A stretch of 63,938 nt of DNA from Octopus bimaculoides. Lineage: Eukaryota. The translations under genes and the position numbers were made by a program. The notes below the pieces were generated by a model, which saw only the letters and a list, made by a program, of their open reading frames with translations, was not told the origin of the DNA and did no database searches. Positions 25,531 to 36,349 of this stretch are shown piece after piece. The stretch covers positions 36,671,815-36,735,752 of the forward strand of contig NC_068997.1 in assembly GCF_001194135.2 (NCBI RefSeq), given 5' to 3'. Position 1 is the first letter of the stretch. Each line of letters begins with the position of its first letter.

Positions 25531-28410
25531 GAGAGAATCGTTATGTTGTAGGAAAGGAATGTGTTCGCATGGATGATGGTACACTTGCACTAAACGAGGC
25601 TGCAAAGTGAGAGGTTTGGATACGCCACTATGAAAGGTTGCTCAATAAGGAGAATGAATGGGAGAAAGAGAGTCTGCCGAATGTCGACCCAACAGAGGGA
25701 CCAGCTATCCAAGTTGACAGTACCATGGTAGATGAAGCAATTAAGTGTATGAAGACAGGGAAAGCCCCTGGCCCATCAGGAATCACTGCAGAGATGCTCA
25801 AAATATCTGGCAGTGTCGGCTATAGCCTAGTCACCCGTATTGTTAACCAGGTGATACACGAAGGAGTTATACCCAATGACTGGTGTAGCAGCACCATAGT
25901 TAACTGCTATACAAAGGTAAAGGTGACGCTTTAGATACAAATAATTACAGAAGTATCAAGTTGTTGGATCAGGTAATGAAAGTCACGGAGAGGGTCATAG
26001 CCCAAGTAATTAGGGAGAGAGTCAGTTTAGATGAGATGTAGTTTGGGTTCATGCCAGGGAAAATCACCACTGATGCTATATTTCTGGTAAGACAGCTGCA
26101 GGAGAAATACCTAGCCAAAGATAAACCTCTGTACCTGGCTTTCGTTGACATGGAGAAAGCCTTTGACAGGGTCCCTCGATTCCTTATCTAATGATCAATA
26201 AGGAAACTAGGGATAGAAGAATGGTTAGTGAGAGCTGTGCGAGCCATGTACAGAGACGCTGTCAGTAAGGTATGGGTTGGCAATGAGTACAGCGAAAAAT
26301 TCCGGGTAGAGGTAGGGGTCCACCAAGGCTCTGTCCTCAGCCTCTCCTATTTATCATAGTCTTCCAGGCAATAACAGAGGAATTCAAGTCAGGATGCCCC
26401 TGGGAGCTCCTCTATGCTGATGACCCTAATTGCTAAGTCACTATCAGAACTAGAGGAGTAGTTTCAGGTGTGGAAGCAAGGACTAGAATCGAAGGGCCTT
26501 AGAGTCAACCTAGCTAAAACCAAAGTCCTAATAAGTAGGAAGGTAGACTAAACACAAACCCCTTCAGGTAGATGGCCCTGCTCAATCTGTAGAAAAGGCG
26601 TATGTAGAAACTCTATAAGATGTACCCAGTGTAAGCTATGGACACATAAGAGGTGTAGCAATATCAAAGGAAGGCTAACTAGGAAGTTAGTTTTTGTATG
26701 TGGCAGATGTTCAGGAGCAATAAACACTGAAAATGTGCAGAAAACAACTTCTGCTACATTCCAGGGAGAAAAACTAGAGGTANNNNNNNNNNNNNNNNNN
26801 NNNNNNNNNNNNNNNNNNNNNNNNNNNNNNNNNNNNNNNNNNNNNNNNNNNNNNNNNNNNNNNNNNNNNNNNNNNNNNNNNNNNNNNNNNNNNNNNNNNN
26901 NNNNNNNNNNNNNNNNNNNNNNNNNNNNNNNNNNNNNNNNNNNNNNNNNNNNNNNNNNNNNNNNNNNNNNNNNNNNNNNNNNNNNNNNNNNNNNNNNNNN
27001 NNNNNNNNNNNNNNNNNNNNNNNNNNNNNNNNNNNNNNNNNNNNNNNNNNNNNNNNNNNNNNNNNNNNNNNNNNNNNNNNNNNNNNNNNNNNNNNNNNNN
27101 NNNNNNNNNNNNNNNNNNNNNNNNNNNNNNNNNNNNNNNNNNNNNNNNNNNNNNNNNNNNNNNNNNNNNNNNNNGGGCAAAGTTCAGAGAGCTCTTACCT
27201 CTGCTGGTGACAAAGGGCCTCTCACTCAGAGTAAAAGGCAGACTGTATGACGCATGTGTACGAACAGCCATGCTACATGGCAGTGAAACATGGGTCGTGA
27301 CTGCTGAGGACATGCGTAAGCTTGCAAGAAACGAAGCTAGTATGCTCCGATGGATGTGTAATGTCAGTGTGCATACTTGACAGAGTGTAAGTACCTTGAG
27401 AGAAAAGTTAGACCTAAGAAGCATCAGTTGTGGTGTGCAAGAGAGACAATTGCGCTGGTATAGTCACGTGGCGAGAATGGATGAGGATAGCTGTGCAAAA
27501 AAGTGCCACACCCTAGCAGTAGAGGGAACCTGTGGAAAAGGTAGGCCCAAGAAGACCTGGGATGAGGTGGTGAAGCACGACCTGTGAACATTAGGCCTCA
27601 TCGAGGCAATGACTTGTGACCGAGACGTTTGGAATTATGCTGTGCGTTAGAAGACCCGGCAAGCCAAGTGAGACCATAATCCAAGGCCTCTGCCAGGGGT
27701 GTAGCTAGCCCACTCATGAGTACCTTTCCTTCATTGGACACTAAACTCCGCTTGAGAAGACCTGTTGATTCAAATGAAATCGAAATTGAACCAAATTTGA
27801 TGACTGGCAGCCATGCCAACCTCTCCTTCATTGGACACTAAACTTGGCTTGCGAAGACCTGTTGGAGCAAGTGAAAATGAAATCGTGATGGCACCTGTAC
27901 CAGTTGAGCGCTAAGAGCACCAACTGAGCGTGAGCATTGCCAGAGCAGCTGTCTGGCTTCTGTGCCAGTGGCACGTAAATAGCACCATTTGAGCATGATC
28001 GTTACCAGCGTCACCTTACTGGCACTTGTGCCAGTGGTACATGAAAAAACATTTGAGCGAGGTCATTGCCGGTGCCGCTGGACTGGTTCCTGTGCAGGCG
28101 GCACATAAAATACACCATTTTGAGTGTGGCCATTGCCAGTACTGCTGGACTGGCTCCTGTGCAGGTGGCATGTAAAATACACCATTTTGAGCGTGGCCGT
28201 TGCCAGTACCGCCTGACTAGCCTTCGTGCCAGTGGCACGTAAAAGCACCCACTACACTCTCGGAGTGGTTGGCATTAGGAAGGGCATCCAGCTGTAGGAA
28301 CTCTGCCAAATCAGATTGGAGCCTGGTGTAGCCATCTGGTTCGCCAGTCCTCAGTCAAATCGTCCAACCCATGCTAGCATGGAAAGTGGACGTTAAACGA
28401 TGATGATGAT
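25531..28410 (+). mobile_element. RTE LINE, 5'-truncated: RT, Cys/His finger, 3' UTR tandem repeats, (GAT)n tail
   Basis: KAPGPSGITAEML, YLAFVDMEKAFDRV, GVHQGSVLS, LLYADD, PCSICRKG..CTQCKLWTHKRC..VCGRC; tail at 28390-28410. Confidence 0.92.
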
Positions 28411-28419
28411 GATATATAT

Positions 28420-30779
28420 AGATATATAGATATATGGATATAGATATATAGATATATGGATATAGATATACATATATATATTATTTAAAAGAGTTCCATC
28501 TCTGTCTGGTTTTTATGTTTTATTTATATTCTTATAAAATTAATGTGGGATATAGAATATGGAATATAGAATATAAATAGTAAAATGAAATGAAGTATTG
28601 AATGTCTTATTGAATATATGAAATATTGAGTATTAAATATGTAAAGGCTAGTATACTTTCATGCCTCATGGCATTCATCAACTGGCTGTTCTTTTGTCTT
28701 TTATACCTATTCCTTTGGACAGCAGCAGTAGGTGTTTGGCTATTTTTAGAAATGATGCCAAGTTTATTTTTAGAAATGATGACATTTGAGAGATTTTTTG
28801 TGTTTTGGTTATAGGGATAAGATTTTTGAACCCCAGTAGGTGTTTGGCTATTTTTNNNNNNNNNNNNNNNNNNNNNNNNNNNNNNNNNNNNNNNNNNNNN
28901 NNNNNNNNNNNNNNNNNNNNNNNNNNNNNNNNNNNNNNNNNNNNNNNNNNNNNNNNNNNNNNNNNNNNNNNNNNNNNNNNNNNNNNNNNNNNNNNNNNNN
29001 NNNNNNNNNNNNNNNNNNNNNNNNNNNNNNNNNNNNNNNNNNNNNNNNNNNNNNNNNNNNNNNNNNNNNNNNNNNNNNNNNNNNNNNNNNNNNNNNNNNN
29101 NNNNNNNNNNNNNNNNNNNNNNNNNNNNNNNNNNNNNNNNNNNNNNNNNNNNNNNNNNNNNNNNNNNNGTTTTTGTGTTCATATATGGGCCAGTATGAAT
29201 TGATCGGCATGTACCGCATCGGCTGTCATTGCATTTGGACACAGTGAATGTTTGATTTTTGTTGCTGAGGTCAAACCTTGCCTTTGTTAATAGCTTTTTC
29301 AAGTTTTTAGGTTGTCTCTTACTGAGAGTTATATTTTGATCTGTAATGATATTTCTCAATTCCTTACTTTGTGCAAGGATCGGTAAGTTCGCTTTAGTGA
29401 TATTGAAGATGTTCTGGTGGCATGGATTTTGTGTCACTATAAATGGTATGATTTTTTCTTGTTTTTCTCTTCTTTGCGGTGTCCTCAGTTGTTGTATGGG
29501 TATTTTCCAAGCCCGCTGAATACCATTTTCTATAAGTAGTGATGGGTACTTTTTCTTGAGCAGAAATTCTTTCAGTTCCATCAGGCACTGATTTCTGGTC
29601 TTTAGATCCTCTACAATAGTACAAATTCTTCAGGCTAGGCAGTATGGGATGTTGCATTTTGTATGGGGTGGATGGCACGATTTAAAATTCAGGTATTGGT
29701 GTGTATCTGTGTGTTTATAATATATATATCTGTGGTAATGGCCGTGTTCTTTTTAACTACCATTATATCTAGAAATGGTAATTTGGTATTGCTCATCTCC
29801 TTTGTAAATTGGATGGATGGGTGTAGGTTGTTCAGGAGGGTGTTGACTTCTTCCAGTGTTTTGAGATTTTGTCCAGATTATAAAGCAATCGTCGAGGTAT
29901 CTCTTCCATGCTTTTTCAATATACTTCCTAAATTCAGTGTTGTATCTCTCTTCTATTTCCTGGTAGAGTTTTTGTTCTAAGTAACCCGTCACTGAATTCA
30001 CATAAACGGGAGCAAACCTCATTCCCATAGCCATGCCTTTAATTTGGATATAGTTCTTTCCATTGAAGAAGAAAGTATTATTTTCCAGGATAAGTCTCAC
30101 TGAGTCTAGTATAAATGTCACCGTGAATCTGTTGGGAATTGCTTCTCTATGTTTATCTACACAGTATTTGATCGCCTTTATTCCTAAATCATGTGGGATA
30201 TTGGTGTATAGGCTTACTACATCAAAGTTTAGTAGGATTGAATTTGTTTCAGTGGTTTTGGGAAGATGGGATAGAAAGTCAATGTCACCCCGAATGAAGC
30301 TGGGTATGTAGGTACATAGTGGCTTCAAAAGAATGTCGATGANNNNNNNNNNNNNNNNNNNNNNNNNNNNNNNNNNNNNNNNNNNNNNNNNNNNNNNNNN
30401 NNNNNNNNNNNNNNNNNNNNNNNNNNNNNNNNNNNNNNNNNNNNNNNNNNNNNNNAAATTGCTTAGACGGTGAGTGGGGCATGCTGGGCCAGCTATAATT
30501 GTTCTAAGTTTTAAATCTTTTGGATATAGCACTTTTATGTATTCACTTCCTTGTTCTTTTACTGCCTGTTGAATATCTTCTGACTTATGTATTTTAGGTA
30601 AACCGTAAAAATTACTGGGTTTTGGTTCGAAATTGGTGATGTAGTCTCTTTCGTTGTCAGTGAGTGAGTTGTAGTATTTAGAAACCAGGTGGTTGATCTT
30701 CTTCATGATGTGGTGGTCTATGTTCGAGGGTATTTCACAATAGAAAGTTGTATCCTTCAGTTGTTCCACAACCAAATTT
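28420..30779 (-). mobile_element. Penelope-like element, RT and thumb (EN probably in gap), frameshifted
   Basis: FYGLPKIHK, LLNFDVVSLYTNIP, IKGMAMGMRFAP, RYLDDCFIIW, SKCNDSRCGTC. Confidence 0.9.
28647..28686 (-). ncRNA. Degenerate minimal hammerhead motif at the PLE 3' end
   Basis: RC: GCCAG-TTGATGA-ATGCC atga GGCAT-GAAA-gtata-CTAGC. C3U change; stem I 4/5 paired. Confidence 0.5.
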
Positions 30780-33393
30780 GATTGTAGGCCCAAATTAAAT
30801 CTATTTTGGAGAATATCCGCACTCGGTTCAGCGAAGTAGAAAAGTCCTGCAAGTATGGTATGGGATAGGTGTCAGCCACCGTAGCTTTGTTGAGAGCTCT
30901 GTAATCTCCGCATGGACGCCAGCCGTTTGTTTCCTTCTTAGGAACTAAATGAAGAGGGCTGGACCAACTGCTGTTCGACGGTTGAATTATCCCTAGATCT
31001 AGCATGTGCTGGAATTCCTGCTTTGCTATGCGCAAGCAGTCTGGGGGTACTCTCCTTGGTTGCAATGCTACCGGTGGGCCTGTGGTTTCGATACAATGTG
31101 TGATGCCATGTTTAATCTCAGTGTTTCTAAATACCGGTCTCGTGATATCCGGAAACTGGCGAAGAACATCCAAGTAACGTCTAGTGTGGGGAGATACAAG
31201 GATTGGTCCGATGTGGGTATTCTTGTGGTAATGCCATGCACAGTCAGATTGGTGGTGCTATCTACGAGTCTGCGTCGTTTAACATCGACCAAAAGACCAA
31301 AGTGGTGTAGAAAGTCGGCTCCTATTATAGGTGTCGGTAACTTGGCAACAACGAAAATCCACTGAAATAATTGGTGAAGACCTAAATTCAGAGTCAAGAA
31401 CTGTTCGCCAAAAGTTTGAATGGTTAACTGCTTGGAGAAAAGTTGGCGTATGTTTCCTGTGTCCTGAGGTTAGTGAAACGGGGAGGATGTTAATCTCGGC
31501 TCCGGTATCCACGAGAAAACGGGTACCTGAGGTACGGTCATGAATATACAACAGACGACTTTTGTTGGCTTGGCCAGGGACGTTCGTCGTCCTTATGTCC
31601 TGGCTTGGTCATTTCCCGAATTATGAAGGATGTTGATTTTGTATGAGCAGGGTGGCCTGCATGAATGTGCGTCCTTTCCGAATTTCGCATGGTAGAAACA
31701 CAATCCGGAAGGTGAGTGGCACTAGGGCTTCTGGAGCGGCGTCTATTAAAATGCCGGTATAGGCTGTGGTCGCGAGACGAACGGTTACGCACTGTTAACT
31801 CCTGCATCTGTGCAGACTGTTGCGGTATTAACGCGTGCAGTTCCAACATCTCAGAGGATTTTGGAGGGTCGGTGAAAGGGTTGGTCGAAGATGCTACTGG
31901 TGCAATGGTAGCAAAGGGGTTTGTCGACTCAGCGATTCTATCGGCCATTTCTGCAAGTTCCTCTATGGTGGTAGATTCCTTCGCAGATGCCAAAATGACT
32001 TGTGTGTTAGCAGGCAGTCGCTTAACGAAAATCTGTTTCAGGATGCGATCTGGGAGGTTGTTGTCTCCGAGCAACTGTCACATCCAGCGTAATAATTGTG
32101 ATGGGGTTTTATCTCCCAATTCCTCGGCAATCAAGAGTTGGTGCAATCGCCGTTGCTCCGAATCGCTTGTTCTTTTTATCAGCTCCAATTTGAAAGTGTC
32201 ATAAGACACAGAACCTGGTGGGGCCATAACAAATTCCCTTACTTCCATCATAATTTCTGGTGACAGAGCACCGATCAAATGAATTAATTTCGCCACATCT
32301 GTGGTTATGCGGTTAGAGGCAAACTGTGCTTAGACATGGGCAAACCAGAGGGCGGGGTCAAATGACCAAAATGGTGGCACTCTTAATGAAATAGCAGCTT
32401 GGGGAAGTGCCATATCGACAGAAGATGATGCTGGGTCTTGATCAGTCTGATACATGTATAAACAGGTGCTTTTTTTTTTGTAATATTTTTTTTTTAAAGT
32501 TTTGTTTGTTGTAAAGTTATAGGTAAATGTGGCTGTCCGTCACAAAACCCAAACACATTTTTTTTTTAACAGGGTCACCAGATATAAAGTATTTGTGAGG
32601 GCTGCAATTCTCTTGTTCGGGGTCACCAGATATAATGTTTTTTTGGATTCAGTCATGGAGGAAGCCAATGTTCAATTTGCGTGTTTGCTGCCTATACTGT
32701 TTTGGTGTCTCTCTTGTTTATAATCAGGTGTAGAATTGGTTGAATGCGGTGTAGAACATTAAGTTGACAAAACTTTTAGGATGCGTTATAAGTTATTTAT
32801 TAAAATGGTAACATTTGCTATATCACAGTAGGTAAACAATAATAAATGAAAACAATGTTTACAAGAAACAAATGCAGTTGTGGTATTTGTGATGTGTAAA
32901 TTGTTGTTTGTGTATCTATGTGTTTTCGCGTGTTTGGCAAGACAAAACCTGTGTGCAAAAGAACCTTACTTGTATAGCTGTTGTTTTAGCGATGTGTGCT
33001 CTTAGATTAGTAGTAGTAGTCAGCAGTCAAAGATGTCTTAATTAGACAGATAATCGTTCTTGCGTAGCGTAGCGTATGCGACCGACCGTGCCACCAACTC
33101 TCTGTGATTCTTGGCCAAAATGTCTCTCTATTTATGTGGTCACAGCGCTGACAAGTCAAGCTATGTTTGGCTAGCGTTCCCTTGATCTATGGTGTCGAAG
33201 GTCAAGTGTTTCGGCTGTTAATTTTTGCCAAACATTTTCCTTGACATTTGTTATCTATGGTGAATTTCCTTAGTTTTGAATGTGTGGTCTTTTGCTAGGA
33301 AACTAAACTTTTGACTGTGAGAAACATTTTCCTCTGAGGTCGAGTTGTGAGCTTGAGAGATTTGGGTTCAGTTTTGAGTCGAAATCTCTCACA
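30780..33393 (-). mobile_element. Ty3/Gypsy element (second family), 5' LTR, gag, PR and RT start; 3' truncated
   Basis: Probable LTR about 32634-33393 starting TGTGAGAG; PBS TGGTGACCCCGA (tRNA-Trp complement). Gag PPFWSFDPALWF, protease FLVDTGAEI, RT WRPCGDYRALN..FSKIDL..AYNQI. Confidence 0.88.
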
Positions 33394-33475
33394 TATATAT
33401 AAACCGATAACAATATGAACAAAATATAATACAATACATAGATAAACAAATGGAATTAAATACTACATACGTTTT

Positions 33476-33590
33476 AGATTGGAGCCTGGTATTGCCATCC
33501 AGTTTCACCAGCCCTCAGTCAAATCGTCCAACCCATGCTAGCATGGAAAGCGGACGTTAAACGATGATGATGATGATGATGATGATGATA
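33476..33590 (+). mobile_element. RTE extreme 3' tail with (GAT)n
   Basis: gattggagcctgg...catgctagcatggaaagcggacgttaaacgatgatg. Confidence 0.85.
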
Positions 33591-34172
33591 CGTTAACAAA
33601 ATTAAATTACATACAAAAAAAAAAGAAGTAGGTATAAACACATGAACAAATGAATAAAAACAAATTAAACGAACATGTATAAACAAGGGATACAGATAAT
33701 ACAGGCACTCCCCATACACAAACATGCACTTACAAAACATAGAGACACATTGAGGGATATGCATGCGTAGACACATACAATAGGAATACAAAATGACTGA
33801 TCGTTAGCAAGGTGAGACACACATATAAGAAAGAAGAAAGCAAAGGACCACTGATGAGGTCACAGAAGTGTGACAAAAGAACTCTGGCCGAAATATGATC
33901 AATGTAATGTAATATAAAGCTGAAGCAAATTAACACCAAATATACAGTGCATGTGTTTTTATTGGCTAAACTGGCAACATGACCATCCCCAAATACAANN
34001 NNNNNNNNNNNNNNNNNNNNNNNNNNNNNNNNNNNNNNNNNNNNNNNNNNNNNNNNNNNNNNNNNNNNNNNNNNNNNTCATATAATTAAGGTATCTTCTG
34101 CTTGATGCGTAGCTAGCTGAGCACCCCTCATTGAATAATTATTACATCAGATCTACTAGCTAGGAAACATAC

Positions 34173-34239
34173 ATAACCTGAACTTTGCCTGTTCCACTCC
34201 TTCAATTTGGATTTTTATATTCAAGTTGTTAACCAGGGA
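34173..34239 (-). CDS. Candidate coding exon: SLVNNLNIKIQIEGVEQAKF(RL)
   Basis: Strong acceptor ttttttttacacag|; only one open frame; donors |gttatg (34178) or |gtatgt (34173). Confidence 0.4.
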
Positions 34240-34391
34240 CTGTGTAAAAAAAATTGTTTCAGCTCATCAAATTTCGATGTGAGAAAGACCTGCAACCCTC
34301 ACTAATAAATTATTGTTCCTGAACATTATTTTTTTATAGCTTACAGACTTTCTACACTTAGATCCTATAAATTACACACATATACATACAC

Positions 34392-34430
<39 letters not shown>

Positions 34431-34432
<2 letters not shown>

Positions 34433-34700
34433 CATCATCATCATTTACTGTCCATTCTCCATGCTAGCATGGGTTGGATGGTTTGACAGGAGCTGGTCAG
34501 CTGCGGAGCTGCCCAGGCTCCTTTTTGTCTGTTTTGGCATGGTTTCAACAATAGGATGCCCTTTCTAATACCAACCACTTTACAGAGTGTACTGGATGTT
34601 TTTAATGTAGTACCAGCACAGGTGCTTTTTCATGACACTGCTGCAGGTGCTTTTACGTGGCACCAGCACCCACAAGCCCACAAAAACTAGGATCTCTCAG
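34431..34700 (-). mobile_element. RTE 3' tail fragment
   Basis: catcatcatttactgtccattctccatgctagcatggg...ggatgccctttctaataccaaccac. Confidence 0.75.
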
Positions 34701-34719
34701 CTGAGAGAGAGACATAGAG

Positions 34720-34983
34720 CAGTGCTACTCAAAGTGGTGGTCCATGGACTGGTGCCAGTCCGTGAGCCATCAGCTGCGAGTTTCCAGGAAAGAAAGAAAC
34801 ATTGTAAAATTGTATTATTTGTTTACAAAATAAATATAAGATTTAAAAAATTGTCAACTTTTATTATATTCATTATGTATGTTGTTTCTGGTATAAATTA
34901 ATATTACTAAAAAATATTACCTATCCCTGGTGCATTGAAAAAAAACTGCCGGTATGCCACATTGGATAGTTTGAGAAGCACTG
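34720..34983. mobile_element. hAT (Charlie-like) MITE, 264 bp
   Basis: TIRs cagtgctactcaaagt / agtttgagaagcactg; 8-bp TSD acatagag / gcatagag. Confidence 0.8.
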
Positions 34984-35133
34984 GCATAGAGGACATTCCT
35001 GTATGAATTGACAGCCATGATTTTATTTAGTTTGATGTGTTTTCTCAAGGACATGTATTTGCAAATGCATATGTCTGCACTCAATGCACACTCTAGTGAT
35101 TATGCTTGTAGCGGTGCAGATGTATAGGATTAA

Positions 35134-35336
35134 CCCTTTAGCATCAGATTATTCTGTCAAATGTTAATTCACATTCTTTTGAATCAGTTATGCATTATTT
35201 CATTACTCTATGATGTCGTTGATGTAATTTTTTTTATTTTAAGAATGGCATTGTAGCATAGGTGTGAGAGACTGGATCTGGCCATAAGACAAGTAAAATA
35301 TTTTGGTCAGATATGGTTGGTTTAAATGCTAAAGGT
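35134..35336. mobile_element. piggyBac-type MITE (TTAA), copy 1
   Basis: TTAA-ccctttagcat ... atgctaaaggt-TTAA. Confidence 0.75.
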
Positions 35337-35688
35337 TTAATGTGTGCTAACTGAGGAGTACTATGTGGTTTTGTTATGGTGAAGAGAAATATTTGTAGGG
35401 GTGGTTAGTAGCAGGTATGTTTGTTGGTGTGATGATGTAGATTTCAACATGTCTGAATGTGCATTTGAAGTAATCACTTCTATCTGTGTGCCAGTGTGTA
35501 TATGCAGTTTTACTCTTCGATGATGTGTAGATGTATAGGATAATGTACGTGGTGTGTTATGGAAAGGTACAATGTGGAAGTTGTAATACATTGTGGTTAG
35601 GTGCAGTTGTGTGAATATGACCATGCTATTCATACCTGAAATATGAATAGCATATTTAGTTGACTGGAACTTCAATATTCATCTTTAA

Positions 35689-35887
35689 TCCTTTAGTATT
35701 CAAATTAATGTCAAACATAATGCTTATTTATTCAGATTGTTTAGAATTAATCATGCATTATCTTGTACCTTTGAGATTTCAATATAATTATTTATTTTTG
35801 CATTAACATTGTATGGAAGGTATGAGAAAGCTGATCTAGCTAGTTTGAACATTTGGGTCAGATATTGTTGGTTTAAGTGCTAAAGGG
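35689..35887. mobile_element. piggyBac-type MITE (TTAA), copy 2
   Basis: TTAA-tcctttagtat ... gtgctaaaggg-TTAA; internal similarity to copy 1. Confidence 0.75.
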
Positions 35888-35996
35888 TTAAGAGCTTATT
35901 CAAAGACAAAATTTGAAGTCACAGTCAACTTAATATAATCAATAATTTTACTTTACTAAATGTATAGAGTTCTACCAGCAATATTTTATTGTTTTT

Positions 35997-36166
35997 TAAG
36001 GCAGCTAGCTGGCAGAATCATTAGCACGCTAAGCAGAATGCTTAGGGGCATTTTGTCTGTCTGTACATTCTGGGTTCGAATTCCACCAAGGTCAACTTCG
36101 CCTTTCATCTTTTTGCAATTAATAAATTAAATACCAGTTGAACACTGGGGTCAATGTAATCAACTA
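35997..36166 (+). mobile_element. SINE family B
   Basis: gctggcagaatcattagcacg..gggttcgaattcc..gcctttcatc. Confidence 0.8.
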
Positions 36167-36349
36167 NNNNNNNNNNNNNNNNNNNNNNNNNNNNNNNNNN
36201 NNNNNNNNNNNNNNNNNNNNNNNNNNNNNNNNNNNNNNNNNNNNNNNNNNNNNNNNNNNNNNNNNNTCCATTAGACATTCTAAAATACTATTAAATTTCA
36301 TTCAATTTAAAAAAGGGTAAAATCGGACAGAACTTATGGGATGACCTGT

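Noticed and set aside
27890-28260. Regularly spaced repeats resembling a CRISPR array
   Set aside because: Whole units are homologous with no unique spacers; they lie in a eukaryotic LINE 3' UTR and no cas genes are present
2144-29247. Long ORFs dominated by X
   Set aside because: Artefacts of translating N gaps
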